DNA of 64,000 bases from the human T2T-CHM13v2.0 reference genome, Homo sapiens: assembly GCF_009914755.1 (NCBI RefSeq), contig NC_060932.1. One strand, 5' to 3'. Numbering within the stretch: the first letter of the stretch is position 1; every line of letters begins with the position of its first letter. Both the position numbers and the translations under genes were made by a program. Below the pieces are notes generated by a model. It did no database searches. It saw nothing but the letters and a program-made list of their open reading frames with translations, and was not told where the DNA came from. This document shows, in pieces, positions 1 to 19,755 of the stretch.

Positions 1-4013
<4,013 letters not shown>

Positions 4014-4040
4014 ATATATATATATGTATATATATATATA
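4014..4040. repeat. (TA)n microsatellite at the L1 tail
   Basis: atatatatatatgtatatatatatata immediately after the L1 polyA signal. Confidence 0.9.
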
Positions 4041-4059
4041 GCATTCTGTAACTTTTTGA

Positions 4060-4680
4060 GCATACAGCATGCATTTGTAATGATTCTTTAACATCATGCC
4101 TGCTAATTCTAATATTTGTGCCCATCCTCGGTCAATTTCAATTGGTTGATTTATCTTCTTACTGAAAGTCGTATTTTCCTGCTACTTTGTGTGCCTGGTA
4201 CTTTTTTTATTAGATGTATAACATTATGAAACTTATCTTTTGGGGTGCTAGGTTTTTTTTCTACTCCCATCAGTGTTCTTGATTTTTTTTTTCTAGGACA
4301 CAGTTAAGTTACTTGGAAACAGTTTGATCCTTTCAGGTCTTGATCTCAATGTTATTGAGCAAGACTGGAGCTATACTAAGCTTAGGGACATTTTTCCCTA
4401 ATGCCGAGGCAAGACTCTTCTGGGTACTCTACCCGATGTTCCTTGAATCATGAGGCTTTCCATTCTGGCTGGTGGAAACCCTGGGCACCATTACCTCTAA
4501 TGTTTTGTGTGTTTTTTCCTCCAGCCTCTGGTGGTTTTCTTATTTGTGTGCCCCAATCTGTACCCATCTGAATACCTGTGGCCTTTGTTGTCCACCTAGT
4601 GTCTTGTGAGTCATTATATCATTTTGTTGTTGTCTTTGGCTGTTTCAGGTGGAGGATAAGGCCAGTCCTGGTTTCTCTAT
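4060..4680 (-). mobile_element. Probable old L1M fragment
   Basis: T-rich sequence with 'gtattttcctgctactttgtgtgcctggta', resembling antisense old L1 5' regions. Confidence 0.4.
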
Positions 4681-4745
4681 TTTAGCAGTAAGTGTAAGTC
4701 TAAAATGTGTTGAATAAATGTCAATAAAATGTTTGTTCTACCTTT

Positions 4746-5045
4746 TTTTTCTTCTCTTTTTTTTGAGATGGACTTTTTCTCTGTCACCCAGGCTGGAGTG
4801 CAATGGCATGATCTTGGCTCACTGCAACCTCTGCCTCCTGGGTTCAAGTGATTCTTCTGCCTCAGCCTCCTGAGTAGCTGGGATTGCAGGCACATGCCAC
4901 CATGCCTGACTACTTTTTGTATTTTTAGTACAGACAGGGTTTCACCATGTTGGTCAGACTGGTCTCAAACTCCTGACCTTGTGATCCATCCGCCTCTGCC
5001 TCCCAAAGTGTTGGGATTACAGGCATGCGTCACCATGCCCAGCCC
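4746..5045 (-). mobile_element. Alu (AluS, Sg/Sx-like), full length
   Basis: Antisense Alu dimer with polyT head; TSD tgttctaccttt at 4734-4745 and 5046-5057. Confidence 0.96.
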
Positions 5046-5689
5046 TGTTCTACCTTTCATGTTGCCCCACATAATGGAACACAAACTTAGTATGACTGTT
5101 TACATGTTTCTGAACTTAATTCAAAATTGTTTTCATTCAGTCAAGTTACCTCACTTATGTTTGCATTTAAGAAGAGACAATATAAATGAAAGGAGTGAAA
5201 ATGAAATAGTTAACTACAAAGATGAGCTACTTAACAGGATCAGGATAGCAAGACCGTTGTAAGTTTGCTCGTGCCTGTCCACCCTACCAGTTTCTTCCCT
5301 GGCACTTTGAAATAACCACATTTAATTGTCCAAAAATATTTTCACATAACATTTCTAAATGTGATCTAGTTAGATAGTACAATAATAACTCTTCTAAATA
5401 GCTAATACCTATTTGCATGGATAGAATCATGATCCATGTAATTCAACTTATTCGAGTTCAACCAATATTTGCTGGGTGCATTCAATGTGGTGAACACTGA
5501 GTTAAGCCTAGAGAGGTAGATGAATAAGAAACAGCCTCTGCCCTAGAGGAGCTCACAGAGAGGCAGAGCTGAGACGTGAGTTGACAATATGCTAAGTGCT
5601 GCAATTACCCTAATTATGGGTTGCTATGAGAGCACTGAGGTGGGCCACCTCCCACAGCTCAGGAGGATGTGATGGTTGTGATTGAGGGG

Positions 5690-6245
5690 GTGTAGCTGAT
5701 GCCAGGGGTTACCTACTCCTCTCTCCTTCTTTCTTGCTGGAAGAGCCACCTTGATTCAGTGTTGGTATTCACTCTTCTCTTCCAGGGCCAGAAAATGAAT
5801 GTTCACAAGTCTAAGCCAATCGAAGTGCTTCCCTTCTCCTGGTCACTGATTGGTTTAGGTGTGGGCCTGTAACACTGTCCTGGGAAATGAGACTTAAAAG
5901 TCATTCTTTAGACAGAACTCAGTAAAGGTTTATCTCTGGATAGAAGGAGACAAGCAAGGAGACACCTCCTTTCCTGGCTTTGACTACAGTTGTGTGAAAA
6001 CATGTATAGTATCCACGCTGTGATCATGAAAGGACATGCCTGAGGATGAACCCTAACAGAGTGAGGATGGGAGAGCAGAAATAGGGCAAGCTGTTGGGTC
6101 CTTGTTGATATCATAGCATTCCTGAAGTACAAACCTGGGCCCTTCTTTTCTGTCTCTGTATGTTTTGCTGTTTATTGTTATATAAGATAACACACCTTTC
6201 TTGTTTAAGCCACTTTCCATTATTCTGTTACATGGACTTAAAAGA
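5690..6245 (+). mobile_element. Old MaLR LTR (MLT1-type)
   Basis: 'ctaagccaatc...cactgattggtttagg' and 3' 'ttcttgtttaagccact...ttctgttaca' motifs typical of old MLT1 LTRs. Confidence 0.55.
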
Positions 6246-6665
6246 TTCTAACGGATACAGAAGGTTTCCCAAAGTAGTGAAGATTAGTTCGTGCTTTAAA
6301 GGGCCAAAGATATTCACCTTTGGGAGTTGATGGGTGGAAGAATGGGAGCAGGCCACTCCAGGGAAGAGCTTGTGCAAAAGCTTAGAAACACAGAGCAATA
6401 TGGAAGGTTTGAGATAGGACAAGCGTTTCTCACATGGGTAGGATGTTGATTGCACATAGTAGATATCCAATCACTATCTGTCGCCTGATCACATTTATGT
6501 TTTTAATTATGTTAAATTGAGTCCAAGAAATATTCTTGAGTGTCCATGATATTACAGGGATTTTACAGGCATAAGTGGCAGAATCTGTACGGATATCCAT
6601 CAAAACCCCAACTTCCTTCTAAAGTGCTAAAAATTAAAACATTTTTCAGACTCTATTAAGAGGCT

Positions 6666-7345
<680 letters not shown>

Positions 7346-7394
7346 AAGGTTATGATTTATTTTCCAGCAATCACATGCAATACACAGGACTTTG

Positions 7395-8840
7395 GCTTGA
7401 AAAGTGTATGGGGTGAGATAAGGTTACAGTTTTATTCTTCTATATGTGGATATCCAGTTTCCAAACACCATTTATTGAAGACACTATCCGTGTCCCATTT
7501 TGTGTTCTTGATTCCTTTGTCAAAAATAAATCAACTGTAAACATATAGGTTTATTTCCGGGCTGTCTATCTTGTTCCATTGGTTGATGTGTCTGTGTTTA
7601 TGCCAGCACCATACTGTTTTGTTTTGTTTTGTTTTGAGAAGGAGTCTCACTCTGTCATCCAGGCTGGAGTACAGTGATGCCATCTTTGCTCATTGCAACC
7701 TCTGCCTCCCGGGTTCAAGTGATTCTCCTGCCTCAGCCTCCTGAGTAGCTGGGATTACAGGTGCTTGCCACCGTGCCCAGCTAATTTTTGTATTTTTAGT
7801 AGAGATGGGGTTTCACCATCTTGGCCAGGCTGGTCTCGAGCTCCTGACCTCATGATCCACCTGACTCAGCCTCCCAAAGTGCTGGGATTACAAGTGTGAG
7901 CCACTGGGCACAGCCACCATGCTGTTTTAATTACTATAGCTTTGTAATATATTTTGAAATCAAGGAGTGTGATGCTTTTTGTTCTTTTTGCTCAAAATTG
8001 CTTTGGCTATTTGGGTCTTTTGTAGTTCTATACAAATTTTAGGATTATTTTTCTAAATCTGTGAAGAAAGACGTTGGAATTTTGATAGGGATAGCATTGA
8101 ATCTGTAGATCACTTTGGGTGATATGGATATTTAAACAATATTAATTCTGTCAGTCCTTTAATACTGGATATCTTTTCATTTATATGTGTTGTCTTCAAT
8201 TTCTTTCATCAATTTCCTGTAGGTTTCAGGATCAGATCTTTCACTTCCTTGGTTAACATTATTCCTCTATATTGTCTTTCCTTGATGCTATCATAAATGG
8301 AGTTGTCTTCTTAATTTCTTTTTTAGATAGTTCATTGTTAGTGCATAGAAATGCTACTAATTTTTGTATGCTGATTTTATATCCTGCAACTTTACTGAAT
8401 TCATTTATTAGTTTCTAACAGTTCTGACTTTGGAATCTTAGAGTTTTCTATATGTAAGATTATGTTGTCAGCAAATAGAGATAATTTCACTGTTTCTTTT
8501 CCTATATGGATGCTTTTTATTTCTTTTGCTTGCATAGTTTTTCTGGCTAGGACTTCCAGTACTATGCTGAATAGCAGTGATGAAAGTGGGAATCCTTGTC
8601 TTCTTCCTGGTCTTAAAGAAAAAGGTATTAACTTTTCACCATTGAGTATGATGTTAGCTATGAACTTGTCATATATGGCTTCTATCATGTTGAGGAACAT
8701 TCCTTCTTATCTAATATACTGAGGTTTTTTCATGAAAGGATGTTAAATTTTGTCAAATGCTTTTTCTGCATCTATTGAAATGATCATATGTTGTTTGTCC
8801 TTTCTTCTATTAATATGGTGAATCACATTTATCAATTTGC
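7395..8840 (-). mobile_element. Old L1 (L1MA-like) ORF2, inverted 5' segment
   Basis: Minus ORF 8401-8700 (AIYDKFIANIILNGEKL...RQGFPLSSLLFSIVLEVLA...LSLFADNII) is L1 RT. Confidence 0.92.
7621..7915 (-). mobile_element. AluS inserted in L1
   Basis: Antisense Alu with (GTTTT)n tail; TSD accat(a/g)ctgtttt at 7608-7620 and 7916-7928. Confidence 0.95.
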
Positions 8841-8859
8841 TTAACTGAAACTGTAAAAA

Positions 8860-10220
<1,361 letters not shown>

Positions 10221-10789
10221 AGTCCCAGTGAGGAGAAGCAGAATGTGGGGCATTTGAGCTATGTATGTGAATGCGGCTGAGGTGACATGTACCCAGACCC
10301 CGATGTTCCCATCTCTACTGCACTGTAGGAGAGGCAGCAGTCACCTTGGTGCCACAGGTAGGTAAATTATTCTCAGAAGCTCAGCCTGATGTCTGCTTTT
10401 CAGCCCTCCCAACAATTTTTTGAGCCAGATATACTCCTTACTCAATTATCTTTGCATAAACTAGCCAAAGTGGGTTCCAGGTATGCATTCAGGAAGGTGG
10501 CTGACACAACCTGTGAGACACAGCTCAGGTGCTCAAAGACCTTAAGGACTAGTGGAGCAGATCAGAATCATTTTGCTCTGGGATAACAGGATTAGAATTT
10601 GTATAGCAATTAATACTTTTTAAAGCACTTGCTTTCGTGAGATGTGTAGGGCTTCTGTGACACACAATAACAAATGTTAAAGAAAATCTTTCAGGTAGAA
10701 CAAATATAATACCAGATAAAAATCTGGATCTACTCAAACGTCTGAGGAACATCAAAACCATGAAAGATTTTTTTGTTTTATTGTGCATT

Positions 10790-10900
10790 CTTTTGGCAGA
10801 TGAGGAAATTGAGGCCCTTGAGAAGTTAAATGATATGGAAATAAGGTAGTAATTATTGAGATTAGAATTCAGGTCTTATAATTCCTAATCTAGTGCTCTG
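10790..10900 (-). mobile_element. MIR fragment
   Basis: MIR core 'cagatgaggaaattgaggccc...agaagttaaatga'. Confidence 0.7.
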
Positions 10901-11929
10901 TCCTTTTAGTGACCATTTGAAGAATGGTCTATTGTGCAGGAAACCCTACAGGAATTATGCTTTTGCATTACTGAAAAATAGTCAAGCGATCAGGCCTTGC
11001 TAACTGAGATGCTGGACCCACTGACACACAGGTGAAAGGCTTTGTGGCCTATTACTCATCCTTTGAACCATCTCAGCTCACTCTAATAGCACATTTAATG
11101 GAATCCTATCACCTAATGTCAGATGTTACTATCACCTCCTTCTCTACCTCCTAAAGATCATTATCCATAAGTGTAATAGAGACATTTATATTGACAAAGA
11201 AAAATGGAAAGTTGCTCTAAAAGTTTAAATAAATTCTTAAAGTATGTTTGAGGAGGATATACAAAAGCTGTGGTAATAAAGTTTCTAATTGCACACTATC
11301 CTAATGCAAGTGTTCAAGAAAAAGCCTCATTTTTTCATATTATGTTTGCTTCTTCAACAAAGAGCTTTTCCTGCAATTGCTACAGGTGCTAAAGATAGCT
11401 GTAATAAATGTTGACAATTGGAAAAAAAAAAGGTGAATTACGTAAAATGAGAGTGCACATGCCTGCACAATCTGAATTCAGTGGGCCAGTCTGGTGCTCT
11501 ACCAACTAACCACATTTCCCTGTTCTGACAGTAGGAATTGCAGAGATGCCTTTAAGCTGCAGGGTAAATGCATTATTTACTTGACTGAGCCTTTCTTATT
11601 TAAAAGGAAGATTAGGAGAACTGGCAACTGATTTTCCCTTTCTCTTTTATGTTATCTGCTTCTCAACTTTCTACCACTTTTTTTTCCCCTGTTCATGTAG
11701 CAGATTTATGCCAGATGAATGAGGCAGAACTCTTGCTCAGGACAGGTTAGAAATACTGCTGACACTAGTAGTTACATATGTTTGAAAATAGGAGAAATCA
11801 AGGCAATATAGTTTGGCTGCATAAATTAACTACATGACTATGGGTCTCTGCATCTTCTGGCCTTTGTTACAAGGAATATTTTTAGCAGTGGTGGGGTTGT
11901 GAAAGAAAGGATAGAAAGAGGTAACATCT

Positions 11930-12090
11930 GCAGATACTCACCATGTATCAGATGCTGTGCTAAGTATACATTTTCTTGTTAAATTTCACAATAGCTTCTC
12001 AGATAGTTACTATTATTATCGCTATTAGTTTACATATCAAGAATCCAGGGTTCAAGGACATTTAGTAACTTCAGCAAAGCCATAAAGTTA
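11930..12090 (-). mobile_element. MIR fragment
   Basis: 'actcaccatgtatcagatgctgtgctaag...tactattattatc...tttagtaacttc'. Confidence 0.55.
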
Positions 12091-12249
12091 GACAGGGGCA
12101 CCAGAGTTGTGAAGTCAACTTACACTTCGTATGCTGAGGCTTACTGACAATTTGGCTCCAGGTAAGTCCTCATTAATCAGTTACAGCTGCCACTTCTGGG
12201 GAGGGTTCAATGAGACAAAAGGTACCAATGTGATTTGAAAATTGTGAAG

Positions 12250-13330
12250 CATTTATTCATTTCTCAAATGGTATTTACTGAATGCCCATGTCTTAGATTC
12301 ATGGAAGAAAATACATAGTTTCTGTAGTTAAGGAATTAGTAGCCTTAGGAGGAGATGGATGTCTGAACAAATAATTATGATAAGAGCACAGGTATGGGAG
12401 AAGTTTACTAAATGTAATAGGAGAATTACAGGTGCCTGTAGAACACAGAAAAGGCTTCACAGAAATGGCAGCATTTGAGGAAAAGATAAGGCCATGCACG
12501 GTGGCTCACGCCTGTAATCCCAGCACTTTGGGAGGCTGAGGCAGGCAGATCATCTGAGGTCGGGAGTTCGAAACCAGCCTGACCAACATGGAGAAACCCC
12601 ATCTCTACTAAAAATACAAAATTAGCTGGGCATGGTGGCGTATGCCTGTAATCCCAGCTACTCAGGAAGGCTGAGGCAGGAGAATTGCTTGAACCCTGGA
12701 GTCGGAGGTTGTGGTGAGTCAAGATCGTGCCATTGCACTCCAGCCTGGGCAACAAGAGTGAAACTCCAAAAGAAAGAAAGATAAATAGAGTGTTCTCAGT
12801 GGACCTGACAGGAGAGCGTATGGAATGTTTGGGAAACCATAATAACTTTAGCATTGCTGGGGTCAGGTGGTAGTTGAGCAGCTTGGGTGAAACAAGGCTA
12901 GATAGGCAGGTAGGGGCCAGATCATAAAAGGCCTTGTCAGACTTACAAAGGAGTATACATTTTAAACTCACTTGTGAAGGGGCCAGAAAAGCTGTGGCCA
13001 GAATAGAATTCCAATCGGTTTTATATGTTGTCAGTAACTGACAGGATGGCACAGTCGGGGATGAATTCAAGGGAGCAGGATTTGAGATTGGGAGAGAAAA
13101 GCTGTGGATATCTGGACCAGGGAAGGAACACTGAGTGTGAGGAGAATATGACTGAAAGCAATTTAGGCTATAAATTTATAAATTTTTTATCACACCGATA
13201 AAAGAAAGTCAGAGGCATGTAGGATGACTCCATAGGTTCTAACCTGGACAAATGAGTAGATGGTATGTTGGTGTCATCAACAAAGGTAGTAGAGAGTGGG
13301 CTTGGGGGAGTGAGTTCAGAATGATAAATG
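12250..13330 (+). mobile_element. L2 fragment interrupted by AluSp
   Basis: 'atttattcatt...tatttactgaatgccc', 'ggggccagatcataaaaggccttgtcag', 'aggatgactccataggttctaacctgg' L2 motifs. Confidence 0.65.
12490..12776 (+). mobile_element. AluSp-like
   Basis: Diagnostic 'gggagttcgaaaccagcctgaccaacatggagaaacccc' and 'ggcaacaagagtgaaactcc'; flanking aaagataa direct repeat. Confidence 0.94.
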
Positions 13331-13609
13331 TTGGATGTGAAGATTCAGGCCAGGGTGACATCCAGGAAGAAATACCCAGCACAGAGTCACACAGCCCTAA
13401 TGTATGGTTCACCCACTGTTTTGATGAACTCTTTACTTACACGTATTCAGAACAAGACTGTAAATTCTTTGTAGGCAAAGACTGTCTTGTTAACTGTTGC
13501 ACATGTAAACCCTACCAAACATCTAACAAATATATGTGTTTGAACAAAAGAACAGGGTCTCAGGTGGATATGAAGCTCTGAAAGTTGGCAAGGAGGTTGC
13601 AAATGAAGC

Positions 13610-14030
13610 TTTGTGTATCCATTAAGGTTACAGCAAGAAACAAAAGGACTTAAGGGAAGATAGTTTAATGAAGGGATCATTTACAGAGGTGTGGGCATGG
13701 TTAAGGGAGCCAAGTTGAACAGACAGCTGTTCATACCCCTAGGCCTGAAAGGGCAAAGGGAAGATTGAGTTTCAGCAGAGTTTATGAGGCTGGAGCCAGG
13801 GAGGGGTAGTCTGGCAGGAGATGTAGTAACAAAGGAAACAGCCCCTGTCAGCATGGGGCACCAATACAGGGAGGGGAGAAGGGAGAGAAATATCCTCACT
13901 TCTCTTTTCTCTTGCCCTCTCATCTCTTGCTGATGCCTCCTATTGGCCAAATCCACTGGAGGGCAGGGGAGCTCGAGCCAGATAGTCTATGGGAGGCAGT
14001 TTCTCCATGAAGCATGCTCAAAGTCAGGAT
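13610..14030. mobile_element. Probable old ERVL-class LTR
   Basis: 'tttaatgaaggga..atttacagaggtgtgggca.ggttaaggga' and 'gcctcctattggccaaatcc' motifs; subfamily not assignable. Confidence 0.5.
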
Positions 14031-17000
14031 GGGGAACAGACCTACAAATAATATGTACAATATAGTATTAAACATGTACAAGAGACTACTAGTCCGTGGT
14101 GAGATCTTGCTTAGTTCCCAAAGAAGGTAACAATTAGTTTAACTTCTAAACATTGACTTGCAATAAATTAGTCTTGGATTTCCATAACCAGGCAGCTTCT
14201 GCAAACACACTTCCATTTTGGAGCTGTTTCCTTTTGATCAGAGGAAACTCCTTCCTTGAGTCCGGTTGTACAGTTGCCTCTTTCATGTATTCATATCCCT
14301 GACCACATCAGATATGAGCCAAGATAAGGACTCCCCCTTAGATATTTGCCCACCTGGAAGATAAATATTTCTTCCTTAGAACTAACTTTTGCTCCCAGAG
14401 ATAAATTCTGACTTTCTTCCCTCTGTGCTAGATATACCTTGGGCCAAACATCCAGGATTTACCTAGCATATGTCCAGGGGAAGGGGCGGGATGGGACCCA
14501 GTTATGGCCACTAACTTTGTCCACTTGGAAAAAAAACTCTTAGAATACTTTTTCTATCTCTTTATCCTTTTCAAGTGTTTTTTGCTATGACTGGTAAGGC
14601 ACAAGAATTTGAAACTAGGACATGGGAGCATGTTCCTTCTTTGGCTGATTATTGAGTTATCTCAGTACTCAGATAAGCGTCTATATCTTAGGGATAATAA
14701 ACACTAGTTAATCTCCCCCTCTTACTCAGTAACCTGTCTCAAGAGAAAGCCTTCCCTTGTTATTGGGCTTCTTCCCCTTTCTGAATTGTTACCTGTTTCA
14801 GACATTTCCCTGAGGACAATCGTGAAGCCTCTCTTATAAGGCTGTTCTTAGGAGGGTTATTATACCAGATTAGACAGCCACCTCTCACTCTGTTTAATTT
14901 TGTAGTTATTCAACACTGAAAATAAATTTCTTGATCCTCTTTCAATTGATTAATCATAGCATAATTAAGGAAGAGTAAAAGACAGCTGACTCATCTAGTT
15001 TACATGTTTAATTTTATCTAAATCACACATTCACAAGGTAAGATGAAAGATGAAACAGAATATGAAAGAATATATATATACCATATATCTATTCTTCCTT
15101 AGTATATATAATGTGTATTTGTAATAAACACATCAATATATAATTCATAGTAGTATATGTATAATGTAAGAAAGTACAAAAAATAATATAATGTGCAGCA
15201 TGTGTCTTGAGGTTTAACTCATTCTTTCTCCAAGAGCCGATCTAACAAAATAGGATAGTTCATGGAATTCAATCACATGGAGTGAGTTTAGAGTATGCCT
15301 CCTTACTCTCTCTCCATACTGGGTTTAGATGCCGTTTGATTGACTACCTGTCCCATGGAGGGAAGATGCTATTAGATTTCTCCTCTAAAGATATGTTCCT
15401 TCTTTATCACAAATTCCAAGGTTCACTTTTTACTATGACTTCTGGAGCCAGAATAGAATGTCACTTTCAACTCTGATGGCTTCCCATGTGAGTGTAATGT
15501 AACAAGGAGGATAAACTAGATCACACTCCGTGTCCACAGTTGTCCTAATTTATTGTGGACAACAAAACTGAATAGCAGTGGGAGAAGAATTCACTTGAGT
15601 TACTATCTAAAAATCCTTCTGGGCCAAGGAAAGAAGGGTTGTTGGCGTTTCACTTTTCAGTTCATGTTTATCCTTGGCCTTCTTCAGATGACAATGAATT
15701 TGCTGCACAGGCTCAGCTTGCCCCAGAAAGATCCTGAGTGGTGGTGAATGTTCTCTCCTTCCTTTGCCCCATCTCCAGTGATAGTGCTAAATACTTGTGG
15801 GGTAATCTGACACAGCCTTAAAACAATCCAATTTTTCAGTTCTGGGGAATGCTCGAAAGACAGGAGACAATGTTACAATCTGCCATAAGGCATTCTTTAA
15901 GCTAGCTCTCCTGTAAGCAGAAAACTAGTTTTATTGAGAAGAGCTACCTTTAATCAGAAAAAAATACCAAGGAAATATGTTACATTGATTTTACCACTAA
16001 AAATTGAGAATCTGGGGCAAAGGCAGTTGATATGAGTCAGAACCTTGAAGTTGATGAGCTACGTGCAGCTCAGCATGGCTCCTGATTGCTTAGCGTGATC
16101 TGCTGAATGAGCATGTCCATGTCTATACAGCCCCTGAGCTCAATCGTCTTGAGGGTTTACACACAACTGTGTTGAGCACAGTTGTTTATATTAACACATA
16201 ATTCATCCAATTCCAATTATTAAAATAATTGGCCACAATACAGTTTACCCAGATAATTTTAGCGTTCTTATCAAATTGACCGTTAGCTAGTGACTTGAGG
16301 ATTCTTTGATCAGCTTCTATGGACCAAGAAAAATACAACCAAACTGTCATAAATTCAGTTGAGCCTTGAAAGTATTGTGGCAACATGCTGCTAGAAATGT
16401 CCATTTGGTGAAAGGCACAAATGTTGGCAGTTGTCCATACTAACCCTGCTCATGTGCAGAGATTCCTTCAAAATCATTAGGACAGCTAGCTCTTTCTTCA
16501 TTAAAATAAATGCTTACTGAAGTCGTACATTAGCTGTCTCTCTGTTTTGCAATCAATTAAGGCAGGTTTTCAACATCTAAATTTCCCCAAATGTTCTCTA
16601 ATGGGTCTCATTGATATTCTACTTTTCAAAATTCAGATATAAAAGGCATTGGCATCATTAATATCCTTTTCAAAAAAAAGTCTTTCAGTTCATTTTAATG
16701 GCTTTACATTCCCCCCCCAAATTTGGGTGGAATCCTTCTGTATCTGGGTTATAACATAGGCCCAATAAAATCAGTGTATGAATATAGTACCACAGCTGTT
16801 CAAAACATCACTACCACTATCGCCGTCATTGAACTGTTTACTATGCACTACACAGGAGTAAAAAATTCTCCAGTAAAGTGATCAAAATTTTAACACATAT
16901 GAACATACTTAAAACCTAAGTTTTGTATGCTATTTAAAAACCTAATATACTATCAGAATGAGTTCATAGTAAAGTTCTGTCTTTCTGCAAAACTGCCTGT

Positions 17001-19539
17001 AGCTAATCTTACCAATGAGGCATGCATGAGAATACTGCTATCTTCTCATACATATTACTAAATTTGGTAATATTATGTTTTTTTTTTTGGAGGAGGAAAA
17101 GTATATAAAATTTTATTTTCAGATTATATCATTTATTTAGGGTTTTATTTTTCTATTTCTATTTCTATACTTTTCATATGACTTTCAGTATCACATTATG
17201 AGAACGAAGTTATGTGATTCTGTTCCAGCACTAATAATATTTTATTTAAGATATAGGACAGCTTTTTCTGTCTCTTGGGGACAATGTGGACCATATATAG
17301 TAAACTACTTAGTGGTTCTGGAAGGATAAGTGCTTTTTTTCTAGTTCTGCTGTGCAACATAGGTTCTCTCCCTTGTGGAGAGGTGAAACACGGTAAAAAA
17401 TAAAATGTATTAAAGTAGTGACATGAAACATTCTTAGCATTCTCTTCTTTAGTATCCTACAAACTCAATAACTCTCAGAAATTTAATATCTGTCAGCATT
17501 TTGACAACCAAGAGCCCATTTGATTCCAAAATGTTTGATATTTTAATATTCTCATCAGATTCTCAACTCACCCCTGCTCCCAAAATAAGCAACCCGGCCC
17601 TCTGCAAACACACCAAGCCTGAGGCTGATCTAAGTGGATTCTATATTCTACCATTATAACATTAATGTTTTAATAAATGCACAACATGTAGTACAAAACC
17701 CCACAAATGCAGAGGAAGAGTAGGTTCTATTTCCTAACGAGGTCAAATAGTAGGATTTCCTGTTCACAGTCAGAGGTTGCCAGAGAGACATGTACTTGTG
17801 CTACCTCTAATTTGGACCCAGGCAGGTAAGATAAGCTTAGAACTCTTTAACCTGAGTTCTCACCTGCAAAGTAGTCTGGCCTTGGGTATAAGAGAAGTCC
17901 TATTAAGAATTGTCTATAGGCAGGACCATACATCCATTTGAAGTAGGTACGTTCTCTAAATTTATATTATCTTTTGATTGTAATTTTGTAATTTTCAAGG
18001 CAGCGAAGCAATGATGACTTCCCTAGAGCTAACTGGCCACATTGCACATGGTAGGATGGTCAGCTCTAAGGAGAGTGTGGAAATTAGGGGATGGTCGTGT
18101 TCCAAAGTCATAGCTCACAGGAGCCTCTCTGAGCTTCCGGGGTTGCGGGGGCAAAGCCAAAGGGCAAATGATGAGGGGAGGGGCGATCCTATGCTTAGAT
18201 TTTTGACATGACAAACCAGGCAAGCTTGGTAAAGCTATTTGAGTATATCAGCAGTGGTTTCCAGAAAGTATTATTACCACAGATGTTACTGCAAGATAAT
18301 CAAAAAAACACATCTAATTTGGGGATGTGGAGTACTTGTTTCTGTTGCTGATTCTATCATTTGAAGCTTTCAGAGCTGAAGGCTTTCATGATTAAGCACA
18401 TATTATTCTCCTGGAAGATATTTCTTTTTTGGCAGATAAGATAATGGAACAGATCCACTGTTTGTCAAGAGGAGTTACTATGTCATTAAAAAGCCTTTAA
18501 CACAATGTTTTTCTCTTTTCCATGCTGGTTGAAAAGATTTGAATGCTAAAGCATAGATATAACAATAACAGTACAAAACCTAAATTGTCCATGGAAAAGC
18601 TTAAACCAACTTCAAACTTTGCATTTGCCAAATGCTCTTCAGGCAATTTAAATGTAATTCAAAACAGGCACTCAGTAGCCACAGATGTGTGTTGCCTCAA
18701 AATGTTCTTTGTCTTGGTTGCATACATCCATTTTCCTTCTGAAGGTGCTTTTAAAAATTGCCTCTATTGCTACAGGAGGAAAAAAAATCCAAATACAATG
18801 ATATCATTTATATGATTAAAATTGTTTTCTTATTAACACTGGAAATGTATTATCATTTACTTCAAAAAAATTCTTAGTTCTACTGTTGGTTGAAACTTAA
18901 GAGTAATTCCAGAAGGGACTTTTGCAGGGTAATAGGAGTTAATTCAATACCTAGTGTTCTAAATGCAAGGAGATGATCTGAAACTCCCCTCACTTTAGCA
19001 AAAGATACAGAAGAGCTTCTATTTTTGCTCATTTGTACAAAGAGGCCACCACACACTTTGTGTCCATGAGAGGACAAAAACACACCCTAAATATTTTCCA
19101 GAAGATCCTCAGTACAGCTAGGTGCCACCCTAGGAAATCTGTTCCCTCAAACACCGTTTGTAGAATTGTGATGCCCCTTGATGAATTTACAGTTCAGGAG
19201 ACACCTGAACAAAGGAAGTTATGAAAGATTTCTGGGGACCTTTTTGAAGTGAATAAAGTTTCCTAATTGAAATAGACCACATGATGTTCCTCTAAAACCT
19301 TAATTTGCCATCTCTGGTCTGGGCCCTCACAGACATTATGTGCTATTGAGCTCCTTAACCTACATTCTCTCCAGGAAAGTGGACTGGAATTGGGGCACTG
19401 CTCCACCCAGAGAATGGCCTAAAAAGGGAACTCACTCCTTGTGGAAGGTTCTGTCCCATAGCTTCTGGGTCTTTAGAAGAGGACTCCTGACCTTTTGAGC
19501 CACCTCATTCAATCGCCCTGTACCCTGACAGGGAGAGGG

Positions 19540-19755
19540 TGGTAATAGAGATTCCAGACTTTGATTCAGCACTGGCTGGATGGAATGGATGCTAGCTTCC
19601 TCATTAAACTGGTGTGTGGAACTTCGCTAAGTCTCAGCTCCTCGTAAATTGTATAAGATTAATAGTATCCATCTCATAGGAAAGTGACAATTAAATGAGA
19701 TTTTATGTATAAATGCCCAGCACAGTGCCTGCTACATAGTAAGTGCTCAATAAAG
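19540..19755 (+). mobile_element. MIR
   Basis: 'taatagtatccatctcatagg...attaaatgagat...cagcacagtgcctgctacatagtaagtgctcaataaa'. Confidence 0.75.

Noticed and set aside
12426-13070. 214-aa minus-strand ORF
   Set aside because: Read-through of antisense AluSp (LLPRLECNG...[11 protein letters not shown]) plus L2 sequence; typical Alu pseudo-ORF
17770-17825. Possible 56-nt plus-strand exon (ttcctgttcacAG ... CAG|GTAAGA)
   Set aside because: Isolated, short pyrimidine tract, no partner exons identified; such pseudo-exons are common by chance
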